A DNA stretch of 64,000 nt from an uncultured Acidimicrobium sp. (GTDB lineage: Bacteria; Actinomycetota; Acidimicrobiia; Acidimicrobiales; Ilumatobacteraceae), in contig CAYXIY010000001.1 of NCBI GenBank assembly GCA_964465475.1, positions 44,312 to 108,311 of the forward strand, in the 5' to 3' direction. The notes below the pieces were generated by a model, which searched no databases, was not told where the DNA came from, and saw only the letters and a list, made by a program, of their open reading frames with translations. The position numbers and the translations under genes were made by a program. Below, piece by piece: positions 20,364 to 29,740 of this stretch (position 1 is its first letter; each line of letters starts with the position of its first letter).

Positions 20364-20436
20364 CGAGGCGGCCGCCTATCGAATAAACATCGAGACAATC
20401 CTACCTGCCACGCCCTCTCGGAAGCGTGATCAGGCG

Positions 20437-21633
20437 CTATTCGCGGATGAGCCTGAGGTGGCCCTTGCCGTCAAACGAAAGCCCTGCCCGACCAGCGAGG
20501 ATGTCCTCGAGGTCACCTCCGACGATGTCTCGTCGCCACCCATGGAGCAATCGACACATCGGGTCTCGTCGAAGCAACGCGTCGACGTCTGCACGCGTGC
20601 CAAGCAACGCGGTGTCGATCCGTTGCTGGCGAGCAAGTTCACTGATCCAGGCAGTGATGAGGGTGACGGCCGGCTTCAGTCTCTTGTCGACGTCGTCGCC
20701 ACCGGCTTGTTCGATCACTACCTTGGTGTCACGACCCATCGAGACGGCGGCGAGCAGCTCATTGACGTCCGATCCGTGCCCCAATCGACCATCGATGCCC
20801 CTCAGCGCGAGAAGTTCCGTCGATGACCGTGGTGCCTGCTGGGCGATCGAAACGAGTGCCATGTCGGACAAGATCCGTCGCACTGGAACGTTGAGGGATC
20901 GTGCCCTCTCGTCACGCCAACGGGCGACCGCCTGAGCGACGCCCCTCGCCTCGCCTTTCAACGAACGAGCATCCTTGACCTTCAGCCAGGCGTCGTCACT
21001 CGAGGTCTGGTCTGGGCGCCGTGCCAAGGACTCCCGACACGCCTCGAGCGCCCACTCAAGGCGGTTCAACTCCATGAGTTCCTTGGTGATGTGCGCGTAG
21101 ACGTCCTCGAGATGGATGACGTCATTGGCGGCATAGGTGCACTGTGCGGCCGTCAGCGGTCGACGCATCCAATCGGTGAGTCGGTCACCTTTGGACAGGT
21201 TCACCCCCAGTTTTCCGGACACGAGTGACGCCAACGACGGCGTCGACATACCGACGAATCCAGCGGCAATCTGCGTGTCAAAAAGGACAGCCGGAGTGGC
21301 CCCCGTCGCGAGATCAAGCACTTCGAGATCCTGTTGGGAGGCATGAGCCAGCCATGTGATCGACGTCAAGCGAAGAACGGTGGCCAACGGCGCAACGTCA
21401 CACGCCAGCGGATCGATCAGATAGACGTCGTTGGACGTCGCGATCTGAACGAGAGCAAGCTCCGGGAAGTACGTTCGCTCGCGATGGAACTCGGTGTCGA
21501 TGGCGACGCGCTCGGACGAGGCGATCGCCTCACACACCTCGATCAAACGACGGTCATCGTCGACCCACTCGTGCGTCGACAGGTCAGCCCACTTCCACCG
21601 GGTAGTTGCGGGCCTTCCAGGCTCCAGTTCCAC
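20437..21633 (-). CDS. rnd: Ribonuclease D
   Basis: DEDD exonuclease motif VAIDTEF plus an HRDC-like C-terminal region. A GTG start at 21633 overlaps the rhodanese gene by 50 nt, so the start is uncertain. Confidence 0.85.
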   Translation of the reverse strand: MELEPGRPATTRWKWADLSTHEWVDDDRRLIEVCEAIASSERVAIDTEFHRERTYFPELALVQIATSNDVYLIDPLACDVAPLATVLRLTSITWLAHASQQDLEVLDLATGATPAVLFDTQIAAGFVGMSTPSLASLVSGKLGVNLSKGDRLTDWMRRPLTAAQCTYAANDVIHLEDVYAHITKELMELNRLEWALEACRESLARRPDQTSSDDAWLKVKDARSLKGEARGVAQAVARWRDERARSLNVPVRRILSDMALVSIAQQAPRSSTELLALRGIDGRLGHGSDVNELLAAVSMGRDTKVVIEQAGGDDVDKRLKPAVTLITAWISELARQQRIDTALLGTRADVDALLRRDPMCRLLHGWRRDIVGGDLEDILAGRAGLSFDGKGHLRLIRE

Positions 21634-21892
21634 CAGCCACGTTCGTCAAACCACTGATTCCAGCTTCTTCCAGCGCTTCGATCGCGCGCGCACTGCGGCC
21701 CCCCGCCTGGCAGATCACGTAGATCGGCGACGTACTTTTGAACTTTTCCACATGTGAAGAAAGCTCGGACAACGGTGCATTGATCGCGCCAGGTACTCGA
21801 CCCCCCTGAAATTCGTCGATCTCGCGAACATCGATCACCGATGCCCCGTTCTCGAGTGCCGACTTGAGCTCGTCAACCGTGATTTCGTTCAT
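21584..21892 (-). CDS. Single-domain rhodanese sulfurtransferase
   Basis: 102 aa with active-site loop CQAGGRS. The ATG at 21892 lies 4 nt after the mobA stop. Confidence 0.8.
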   Translation of the reverse strand: MNEITVDELKSALENGASVIDVREIDEFQGGRVPGAINAPLSELSSHVEKFKSTSPIYVICQAGGRSARAIEALEEAGISGLTNVAGGTGAWKARNYPVEVG

Positions 21893-21896
21893 GGTT

Positions 21897-22514
21897 CTAG
21901 TGTGCCAAGATTCGGGTCGCGCGAGACAAATCGTCGGGAGTGTTGACGTTGAGCACCTCGTCTCCGTCAACCTCGACGAACGCCGGGGCCAATCGCCCCA
22001 TCACCAGATGCAGTGCACTGACCCCCTCTTTGATCCCAGTGGCGCACGCCCGGGCAAGCGCCAGCGCGTTCCACGCCGACACGCTCCAGTGCGACTCGTC
22101 ACCTGAACGCGCTACAGCTCCACCGTTGGTGCGAGCCACCTCGACCAGGCGTCGCAACGTTGGAGTGCCGAGCAATGGCGTGTCACATGGAACGACGACA
22201 ACAACGTCTCCTGCCTCGAGATCGAGTGAGGAAAGAGCGACAGCGAGGGCGTTCAGGGGTCCGCGACGCTCCGTTCCGTCGTCGACGTGACCACAACCTC
22301 GATCGATCGCCCATGACTTTGGCCCTCCGACGAACGTGACCGAGTCGACTGCCGGTCGGAGCGCGTCAAGCACAAAATCGGTGAGTGACACCCCGTTGAT
22401 CGTCGCCAGCGCCTTGTCCGAACCAAAACGTGTGCTCGCCCCGCCAGCGAGGAGCAGGCCAATGACGTTCAGCGTTGACCCTTGGGGTCCAGTTGCAGAG
22501 CGAACTGAGAACAT
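21897..22514 (-). CDS. mobA: MobA-like molybdenum cofactor nucleotidyltransferase
   Basis: LLAGGASTRFGSDKAL...GPL...VVPCDTP. The start is taken at Met21 of the track ORF. The sequence alone does not decide guanylyl- versus cytidylyl-transferase (MocA). Confidence 0.7.
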   Translation of the reverse strand: MFSVRSATGPQGSTLNVIGLLLAGGASTRFGSDKALATINGVSLTDFVLDALRPAVDSVTFVGGPKSWAIDRGCGHVDDGTERRGPLNALAVALSSLDLEAGDVVVVVPCDTPLLGTPTLRRLVEVARTNGGAVARSGDESHWSVSAWNALALARACATGIKEGVSALHLVMGRLAPAFVEVDGDEVLNVNTPDDLSRATRILAH

Positions 22515-22894
22515 CGCGACGCCTCTGCCACCTCTCCGATTCGTCCCGCCATTCGCGCGAGCCCGTCGAGACAACGCAAGAAACCATGGTTCGACTCATG
22601 CGCCCAACGAACGTACCCGGACCCTCGCCAGCCATTGGCTCGGAGGGCATCGAGACCTCGGTGATAGCCGACTCGATATGCGCTGTAGGCCTCGACGTCA
22701 TCGCGTGCGACATCACCCAGGGTCGCCCATGCGAGGCTCGACGTCGGATACTTGGCGCACCAGTGTGCGACGGCATCACGCCGTGACGCCGCAGGAGAAC
22801 CGAGGGCTGCCGCCAGCGCGGTGATCAACTCGTCCGGATCGCGCGGAAGGATGGTCTCCCCTGGCCCGGTTCCGCTCAGGTTCACGTTCGACAC
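22469..22894 (-). CDS. DUF3151 family protein
   Basis: ...YSAYRVGYHRGLDALRANGWRG...HGFLRCLDGLARMA... matches my recollection of the mycobacterial Rv0360c-type family. GTG start chosen at 22894. Confidence 0.6.
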   Translation of the reverse strand: MSNVNLSGTGPGETILPRDPDELITALAAALGSPAASRRDAVAHWCAKYPTSSLAWATLGDVARDDVEAYSAYRVGYHRGLDALRANGWRGSGYVRWAHESNHGFLRCLDGLARMAGRIGEVAEASRCSQFALQLDPKGQR

Positions 22895-22935
22895 GGACTC
22901 ACCGTATCTCACCGTCGGGGTGCGAGAATGGGTGG

Positions 22936-23220
22936 ATGTTCGACATCGACCTCGACACGGCAAAGAACCTCTCCGTTGGTCTCATGGGCGGCTCGGTCCT
23001 CTTTCTCCTTCTCGTCCTCAAGTTCGCCAAATCGGTCGTCACGAAGCTCTTGCTCATCGTGCTTGCGGTCGGTGTCGGCTATCTCGCATTCACGCAGCGG
23101 GACGAAGTGAATGCCTGTGCTGAGGCGGCGAAGACTCTGATCGCTGAGGGGAATGCGGCGGAACTCACGTGTACGTTTTTTGGCCAACAGGTTTCGCTTC
23201 CAACCTTTACGACGCCATGA
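22936..23220 (+). CDS. Small 2-TM membrane protein, unknown function
   Basis: 94 aa with two hydrophobic helices and a C-terminal region carrying two Cys. Its stop overlaps the ATG of the M18 peptidase gene (ATGA). Confidence 0.45.
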   Translation: MFDIDLDTAKNLSVGLMGGSVLFLLLVLKFAKSVVTKLLLIVLAVGVGYLAFTQRDEVNACAEAAKTLIAEGNAAELTCTFFGQQVSLPTFTTP

Positions 23221-24467
23221 ACTACGACATCGCCACGTTGATGGCGCATCTCGACGCCTCCCCGACAGCGCGCCACGTCGTGTCGCGGGCGTCATCGATA
23301 TTGGAATCCGCCGGTTTCGTTCGGACCGACATCTCGGGCGTGCCGTCGTCCGCGGCACTGGCACGTGGCTTCGTCACGAGTGGCGGGACGCTGATTGCCT
23401 GGACCGGTCTTGACGCGACTGGGACGGACTCGCTGCGTATCGTCGGTGCTCACACCGATTCACCAGGTTTGACGCTCAAGCCTGGACAGTCGTCGCGAGG
23501 GCACGGATTCGGTCTCCTGAACGTCGAGGTCTACGGCGGACCACTGCTGAACTCGTGGCTCGATCGGGACCTTGCGTTGGCAGGAAGCGTTCTCGACGTC
23601 AATGGGACAACGCACCTCTTCGGAACGAATCGTGCGGTCGCCCGGATCGCACAGTTGGCGATTCATCTCGACCGAGACGTGAACGACAAGGGCCTCACTC
23701 TTGATCGCCAGCACCACCTCCGCCCGCTGTGGACCATCGATGATTCGGCGGACTTCGTCGACCTTCTCGCATTGGAATCCGGCCTTGCCCGTTCATCGAT
23801 AGCTGCCTGGGAGTGCCGCTTGGTGGACGTGCAGCCTTCCGCACTCATCGGGAGTGACTCCACGATGCTTGCGTCGGGCCGCCTCGACAACCAGTTGTCA
23901 TGCTGGGCAGCCGTGCACGCGCTCGTCGACTCAACTGGCCCGAACGTCGTCGTGCTCTTCGACCATGAGGAGATCGGTTCGCAATCGGCAACCGGAGCGG
24001 ACTCGTCCTTTTTCCCCCACGTTCTGGAAAGGTTGCTCATCGCCGCTGGCCTATCTCGTGACGAGTACCTTCGAACGCTGCTGCGGGCACATGCCGTCTC
24101 GAGCGACAACGCGCACGCGGTTCACCCGAACTATCCCGAGCGTCACGATCTCGACAACGCTCCGCTGTTCAATCGCGGAATCGCCATCAAGTGGAATACG
24201 AACCAGCGCTATGCGACGACGATCGATGCGCTCGACCCCCTCCTTCGTGCCGCTAAAGCACGCAACATGGAGTTGCAACACTTCTCCTCGAAGAACACCA
24301 TGCCGTGCGGTTCGACGATCGGGCCCATCACGGCGTCCGTTCTCGGGATTCCGACGGTTGACATAGGGATACCCCAGTTGTCGATGCACTCTGCGCGCGA
24401 AGTGTGTGGAGCGGACGACGCGATACGACTGCAGAAACTGTTGTCGGCCTACTTCGCTCGCGCCTAG
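23217..24467 (+). CDS. M18 family (aspartyl) aminopeptidase
   Basis: 416 aa, ...IVGAHTDSPGL...FDHEEIGS...SSDNAHAVHPNY...MHS, typical of M18 aminopeptidases. Confidence 0.85.
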   Translation: MNYDIATLMAHLDASPTARHVVSRASSILESAGFVRTDISGVPSSAALARGFVTSGGTLIAWTGLDATGTDSLRIVGAHTDSPGLTLKPGQSSRGHGFGLLNVEVYGGPLLNSWLDRDLALAGSVLDVNGTTHLFGTNRAVARIAQLAIHLDRDVNDKGLTLDRQHHLRPLWTIDDSADFVDLLALESGLARSSIAAWECRLVDVQPSALIGSDSTMLASGRLDNQLSCWAAVHALVDSTGPNVVVLFDHEEIGSQSATGADSSFFPHVLERLLIAAGLSRDEYLRTLLRAHAVSSDNAHAVHPNYPERHDLDNAPLFNRGIAIKWNTNQRYATTIDALDPLLRAAKARNMELQHFSSKNTMPCGSTIGPITASVLGIPTVDIGIPQLSMHSAREVCGADDAIRLQKLLSAYFARA

Positions 24468-25138
24468 CGGTTGGCGATCCGTCGAGCCTCGTCGTAGTTC
24501 TGCTGCAGTGCTTCCTTCAAGGCGCTGGTGAACGCGGCCAGCTCCTCACGAGTGGCTCGAGACCCAGCGGCTTGAGGCCGAATCGGAGTGCCGATCGACA
24601 TGACGCAGTGCGCGCGACGAATGCGCTTGCTGCCACTCGCCATCACGTGTTCGCTTCCATAGATTCCGACCGGGACGACGGCCAGGTTCGTCTTGTGTGC
24701 CAGAAAAGACGCCCCGTCAAAGAGGTCCGTCACCTCGTCGCCGAATCGTCGAGTTCCCTCGGGAAACAGCACAAGGGGCTCGCCCTCGCCGAGCACCGAC
24801 ATACACCGCTTGAGTGCTTCGATGTCCGCGCTACCACGAGTGACCGGGAAACCTCCGAGTGCCGACAGTGCTGCTCCGATCGGTCTGATCTTCCACAATG
24901 AGTCCTTGCCCATGAATCGCATGCGACGCCTCGTCGCAGCCGCGGCGATGGGTATGTCCATCGCCGATCGGTGTGTCGGCGCGAGGATGTACGAACCAGA
25001 CTCCGGAAGGTTGTGGCGCCCTACGACCTTCAGACCCAACCACGTGTAGGAGAACCCGACCACGATCGATCGGATCACGAAGTAGAACAGCCGTGCCCCG
25101 ATTCCGCGCGCGGCGAGCTTGCTCTTCACCCGCGCCAT
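24464..25138 (-). CDS. plsC: 1-acyl-sn-glycerol-3-phosphate acyltransferase family
   Basis: HxxxxD box (THRSAMD) and FPEGTR box. Confidence 0.8.
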   Translation of the reverse strand: MARVKSKLAARGIGARLFYFVIRSIVVGFSYTWLGLKVVGRHNLPESGSYILAPTHRSAMDIPIAAAATRRRMRFMGKDSLWKIRPIGAALSALGGFPVTRGSADIEALKRCMSVLGEGEPLVLFPEGTRRFGDEVTDLFDGASFLAHKTNLAVVPVGIYGSEHVMASGSKRIRRAHCVMSIGTPIRPQAAGSRATREELAAFTSALKEALQQNYDEARRIANR

Positions 25139-25794
25139 GCGCGCAACCTCTCCTGATACAAGCCGACCACCTCGGTCGTCACCTCGTCGATGCTCCGGTT
25201 CGACGTGTCGACGACAACGCTGTCCGAAGCCGTCGACAGCGGGCTATCTGCACGAGTGGAATCCATCTGATCACGCTGTGCGATCTCACGTTCAATGGCA
25301 TCCACGTCGCCGCCAATCTGGGCGACGCGTCGCTCTGCCCTAATGCGTGGTGACGCAGTCAGATACACCTTCAGGATCGCCTCCGGAAAGACCACGGTGG
25401 CAATGTCGCGGCCCTCGACCACGCCTGCTCCCCGCTCGTCAACCCAGACCTGTTGGCGTCTCCGAAGCTCACTGCGCACTCCAGACAGGGTGGCAACGAT
25501 GCTCACGAGCTTGGAAGTCTCCGCCGTGCGAATCTCTGTGGTCACGTCGCGACCGTCGATCGTCACCGTGTCGAGGCCGACGACGAGATCGGCCTCCGAC
25601 GCGAGTTTCGTCATCGCCTCGTTGTCGGTGAGCGGCAAGCCGCTGGACTGCGCGAGAACGGTTACGGCCCGATACATGGCTCCCGTGTCGAGGTAGTGGA
25701 GTCCGAGAGACTTTGCCACCGCGCGGGCAATGGTCGACTTCCCCGCGCCGGCGGGACCGTCTATGGCGATCACCTTGTGGCGGGCTTCGTTCAC
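25126..25794 (-). CDS. cmk: Cytidylate kinase
   Basis: IAIDGPAGAGKST P-loop, 222 aa. GTGA overlap with the upstream gene. Confidence 0.9.
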   Translation of the reverse strand: MNEARHKVIAIDGPAGAGKSTIARAVAKSLGLHYLDTGAMYRAVTVLAQSSGLPLTDNEAMTKLASEADLVVGLDTVTIDGRDVTTEIRTAETSKLVSIVATLSGVRSELRRRQQVWVDERGAGVVEGRDIATVVFPEAILKVYLTASPRIRAERRVAQIGGDVDAIEREIAQRDQMDSTRADSPLSTASDSVVVDTSNRSIDEVTTEVVGLYQERLRAWRG

Positions 25795-27227
25795 CAGCTC
25801 GTGTCCCGAGGGCGACCCTCTTCGTATCCCGAGGAGCTCTGCACGCCGACGACAGCACGCTCCTGGAACTCCTTCACGTTTTTTGCGCCCGCATAGGTGA
25901 ACGACGAGCGCACTCCGGCGACGATCTGGTCGATGATGTCCTCCACCCCGGGGCGTTGGGGGTCGAGATACATGCGCGACGTCGAGATGCCTTCCTCGAA
26001 AAGTTCCTTTCGGGCCCGGTCGAGGGCCGTCTCGGTTCGAGTGCGATTGCGAACCGCACGATTCGATGCCATCCCGAAGGCCTCCTTGAACAGGCGTCCA
26101 TCGGAGTCACGAAGCGTGTCGGCAGCCGATTCGTATGTGCCCGCAAGCCAGGAGCCGAACATCACGTTCGACGCTCCAGCGGCGAGACCAAGCGCGACGT
26201 CCCGCGGATGACGAACGCCGCCGTCTGCCCACACAGTCGCCTTCAAGAGGGATGCCTCGTCGCTGCACTCCAAGACCGCCGAGAACTGCGGACGCCCGAC
26301 ACCGGTCATCATGCGGGTGGTGCACATCGCTCCAGGACCGACCCCCACCTTCACGATGTCGGCACCCGCCTCGATCAACTGTCGTGTGCCTTCGCGCGTG
26401 ACGACGTTGCCCGCGACAAGTGGCACCTTGCCGACGACCTTGCGAACCTCCCCGATCACCTCGAGCATCTTCGACTGGTGACCGTGTGCGGTGTCGACGA
26501 CGATGACGTCGGCGCCCATGGCGACGAGTTCACGGGCCCGACTCGCAGGATCCGCGTTGATGCCTACTGCTGCACCGATGATGAGACGTCCGTGCACGTC
26601 GACCGCTGGCTTGTAAATGGTGCTTCGCAGGGCGCCCTTTCGGGTGACACAGCCTGCGAGACGTCCCGACGAATCGACGACGGGTGCGAACGACAGTCTC
26701 TTGTCGTGCAACTCCATGAACATCTCCTCGGCGGTCAACCCGTCCGACAGCGAGATGATCTCTCGGCTCATCACGTTGTGGAGTTGAGTGAAGCGATCGA
26801 AGCCGGCAGCGTCGTGTTCGGTGAAGATGCCCTGTGGGGTGCCATCGGCATCGACCACGAGCACCGCGCCATGAGAACGCTTGTGGATCAGGCTGAGGGC
26901 TTCACCGACCGTGCCATCGGCAGGCATGGTGATCGGGGTTTCCCACACCTGGTTGCGCGACTTCACGAAGTCAATGACGGTCTTGACGACATCGAGTGGG
27001 ATGTCTTGCGGCAGGATGACGATGCCACCCCGACGGGCAACGGTTTCGGCCATTCGCCGACCGGCTATGGCGGTCATGTTCGAGACCACGATCGGAATCG
27101 TCGTGCCCACCTTGTCCGGAGTCGTCAGATCGACTGACTGTCGCGACGCGACGTTCGACAGGCTCGGCACCATGAAGACGTCGTTGTAGGTGAGGTCAAA
27201 CGACGGTCGATCACCCAAGAATCGCAT
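25791..27227 (-). CDS. GuaB1-type IMP dehydrogenase family protein with CBS pair (probable GMP reductase type)
   Basis: 478 aa with catalytic loop GPGAMCTTR, an internal CBS pair and a GGAGG RBS. The length and architecture match mycobacterial GuaB1. Confidence 0.85.
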   Translation of the reverse strand: MRFLGDRPSFDLTYNDVFMVPSLSNVASRQSVDLTTPDKVGTTIPIVVSNMTAIAGRRMAETVARRGGIVILPQDIPLDVVKTVIDFVKSRNQVWETPITMPADGTVGEALSLIHKRSHGAVLVVDADGTPQGIFTEHDAAGFDRFTQLHNVMSREIISLSDGLTAEEMFMELHDKRLSFAPVVDSSGRLAGCVTRKGALRSTIYKPAVDVHGRLIIGAAVGINADPASRARELVAMGADVIVVDTAHGHQSKMLEVIGEVRKVVGKVPLVAGNVVTREGTRQLIEAGADIVKVGVGPGAMCTTRMMTGVGRPQFSAVLECSDEASLLKATVWADGGVRHPRDVALGLAAGASNVMFGSWLAGTYESAADTLRDSDGRLFKEAFGMASNRAVRNRTRTETALDRARKELFEEGISTSRMYLDPQRPGVEDIIDQIVAGVRSSFTYAGAKNVKEFQERAVVGVQSSSGYEEGRPRDTSW

Positions 27228-27274
27228 CGCTCAACCTCCACACCGTCTTTTCAGGACCAACCTATGCTACTGCC

Positions 27275-28210
27275 GTGAGTCAGCGAGTCGTTTCCCACGA
27301 GGACCCCAGCGCGCTTCATCGCGCGGCGGAAATCCTTGGAAATGGTGGGGTCGTCGCCCTTCCCACCGAGACCGTCTATGGCCTCGGAGCATCGATCGAC
27401 TCTCCTCGTGGCGTGCGTCGAATCTTCGAGGTGAAAGGTCGGCCGACGAACCATCCCCTGATCGTCCACGGTGCAACACACGCCTTCCTCGACGAGGTCG
27501 CTCGTGACATCTCGGACATGACCCGATTGGTTGCGACACATTCTTGGCCTGGACCACTGTCGATGCTCGTGCACAGAGCCGACCGCGTCTCGCCCGACGT
27601 CACCGGCGGTCGCGACACGGTCGTCGTTCGTGTGCCGGCTCATTCCTTCTTTCGAGAGCTCGTCTCGCTCCTCGGAAGCCCGATCGCAGCGCCGAGCGCC
27701 AATCGCTTCGGACGTGTGAGCCCGACGACGGCGCAGCACGTTGCAGACGACTTGGGCGACGACGTCGACCTCATCGTGGATGGGGGCGCCAGTGTCGTTG
27801 GCGTCGAATCGACCATCCTCGACATGACGACCGACCCCCCACAGGTCTTGCGGCACGGTGGAATTCCGATCGAGGACATCGAGTCGCTCCTCGGATGTGT
27901 CATTGCGGAGCCAACGGGTGCGATTCGTGCGCCCGGCATGCTCGAGAGCCACTACGCGCCTCGCTGCAAGGTCCGCGCAGTGGAGAGCCACGATGAGGCA
28001 CTCGAGGTGCTCTCGAGGCTGGATCCCGGGTCATCAGGTCTCGTACCGACGCCCACCGACGTGCCCTTGTATGCGGCCCAGCTCTACGGCCTCCTGCGGA
28101 ACTGCGACCAGCGGGGGTGGAGTGAGGCTGTGATCGTCCTGCCGCCTGCGACCGGCCTCGGCCGAGCCATCCGGGACCGCCTGGAACGGGCCAGTGTCAC
28201 GCCCGCATAG
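27275..28210 (+). CDS. tsaC: L-threonylcarbamoyladenylate synthase (Sua5/YwlC type, with C-terminal Sua5 domain)
   Basis: ALPTETVYGLGA and SANRFG motifs, 311 aa. Confidence 0.85.
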   Translation: MSQRVVSHEDPSALHRAAEILGNGGVVALPTETVYGLGASIDSPRGVRRIFEVKGRPTNHPLIVHGATHAFLDEVARDISDMTRLVATHSWPGPLSMLVHRADRVSPDVTGGRDTVVVRVPAHSFFRELVSLLGSPIAAPSANRFGRVSPTTAQHVADDLGDDVDLIVDGGASVVGVESTILDMTTDPPQVLRHGGIPIEDIESLLGCVIAEPTGAIRAPGMLESHYAPRCKVRAVESHDEALEVLSRLDPGSSGLVPTPTDVPLYAAQLYGLLRNCDQRGWSEAVIVLPPATGLGRAIRDRLERASVTPA

Positions 28211-28320
28211 GGCCCAAAATCCCGACCTCGCCGTTGCCCTCGGTGAGTACCCCTCATAGGCTTGGAAGTCCTAACCCAGGGTGGCACCCGCCACCCGACT
28301 CCTAGGGGGAGAAAAACACA

Positions 28321-29646
28321 ATGAAGAAAACCAACATGCGCCGTTTCGGTGCCATCGTTGCTGGTCTCAGCCTCGTGCTGGCGGCCTGCGGCGGCGGTGA
28401 CGACGCGGCCACGGACACCACGGCTGCAGCCGCTGGTGGCGAGTTGGAAGGCATGAAGGGCACGATGCCCCTCGTCGACCTTTCGGATGAGTTCAAGACA
28501 GGCTTGAACGACTTCTGGACCGCCGCTGGTAACGCAGCCCTCGAGGACTTCAGCTACGCAGCTGAGGCCTTCGACTCGGTGATGCTCGTCGCTCTCGCGG
28601 CAGAGGTTGCTGGAACCGATGGCAGTGCACTTGCCAACGAGATCCAGAACGTCTCGCGCGACGGTGAGAAGTGCACCGAAGTGACCGCCTGCCTCGAGCT
28701 CATCAAGGCCGGCACTGACATCGACTACGACGGCGCCTCTGGCCCGCAGGACATGAACGGAAACGGCGAGCCAGTCAATGCCTCGTACGGCGTTCTCACC
28801 TTCGGTGCAGACAACCGCTTCTCGTATGACGATGCGTCCTACGTCCTCGCCGATGCGCCCGAGTCCGACATTGTCGACCTCGTGCCAGCAGGCGTCGAGC
28901 GTAAGGGTGATGGCGTGCTCAAGATCGGTTCGCTCCTTCCGGAGACCGGTTCGCTCGCCTTCCTCGGACCACCGGAATTCGCTGGTGTTGAGTATGCGAT
29001 CAGCCTGATCAATGCAGCAGGCGGCATCCTCGGCAAGCCAGTCGAGTACGTCCAGGGTGACTCTGGCGACACCAGCACCGACACCGCAAGCACCACCGTT
29101 GACCGCCTCCTCGGCGAAAACGTTGATGCCATCATCGGTGCCGCTTCGTCGTCCGTGACCCTCACGGTCATCGACAAGATCACGGCAGCAGGCGTCGTTC
29201 AGTTCAGCCCGGCAAACACGTCGGACAAGCTGACCACCTACGACGACAAGGGCCTCTACTTCCGTACCGCACCCCCGGACAAGCTCCAGGGTGCAGTGCT
29301 CGCGAACTTGATCGCGGGCGACGGCGCAGCGTCTGTGTACATCATGGCGCTCGACGATGCGTACGGCACGGGCCTTGCTGACTCGATTGAGGCGAACCTC
29401 ACCGCAGCAGGCGTTGAAGTCCTTGGCAAGAAGATCTACGACCCGAAGGCAACGACATTCGATGCCGAGGTCGACGAGATCGTCGCTGCCAACCCGGATG
29501 CAATCATGCTCGTCACGTTCGACGAGGGTTCACGTATTCTCCGCACCATGGTGGAGAAGGGTGTTGGCCCGAAGAACAAGAAGGTCTATGGTTGCGACGG
29601 CAATATGGGTAACGCACTCGGCGAGAACTTCGACTCGGGTAAGTAA
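28321..29646 (+). CDS. ABC transporter substrate-binding lipoprotein (Leu/Ile/Val-binding, Peripla_BP_6 type)
   Basis: Signal peptide with lipobox LAAC/GGG, 441 aa, strong GGGGGAG RBS. Adjacent to the livFGMH-type genes. Confidence 0.85.
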   Translation: MKKTNMRRFGAIVAGLSLVLAACGGGDDAATDTTAAAAGGELEGMKGTMPLVDLSDEFKTGLNDFWTAAGNAALEDFSYAAEAFDSVMLVALAAEVAGTDGSALANEIQNVSRDGEKCTEVTACLELIKAGTDIDYDGASGPQDMNGNGEPVNASYGVLTFGADNRFSYDDASYVLADAPESDIVDLVPAGVERKGDGVLKIGSLLPETGSLAFLGPPEFAGVEYAISLINAAGGILGKPVEYVQGDSGDTSTDTASTTVDRLLGENVDAIIGAASSSVTLTVIDKITAAGVVQFSPANTSDKLTTYDDKGLYFRTAPPDKLQGAVLANLIAGDGAASVYIMALDDAYGTGLADSIEANLTAAGVEVLGKKIYDPKATTFDAEVDEIVAANPDAIMLVTFDEGSRILRTMVEKGVGPKNKKVYGCDGNMGNALGENFDSGK

Positions 29647-29665
29647 TCCATTCGGATCAACGAAA

Positions 29666-29697
29666 GGGCCCGGTCCGCAAGGACCGGGCCCTTTTGC
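29666..29697. terminator. Rho-independent terminator between convergent SBP and livF genes
   Basis: Perfect 11-bp stem GGGCCCGGTCC / GGACCGGGCCC with a GCAA loop, followed by TTTTGCTTTT. Confidence 0.75.
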
Positions 29698-29740
29698 TTT
29701 TCTGGATGAGAAGTCGAGCGACCGTGGCCGGAGAGTGGAC

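Noticed and set aside
20366-20377. Perfect 12-nt palindrome AGGCGGCCGCCT just upstream of the small DUF3073-like ORF.
   Set aside because: It is short and GC-rich in a high-GC genome, has no second copy in the window, and has no adjacent regulator. That is insufficient to call it an operator or terminator.
28279-28296. 7-bp GC hairpin (GGGTGGC-ACCC-GCCACCC) between tsaC and the SBP gene.
   Set aside because: There is no U-tract, so it is not a convincing intrinsic terminator, and it is too small to assign a regulatory role.
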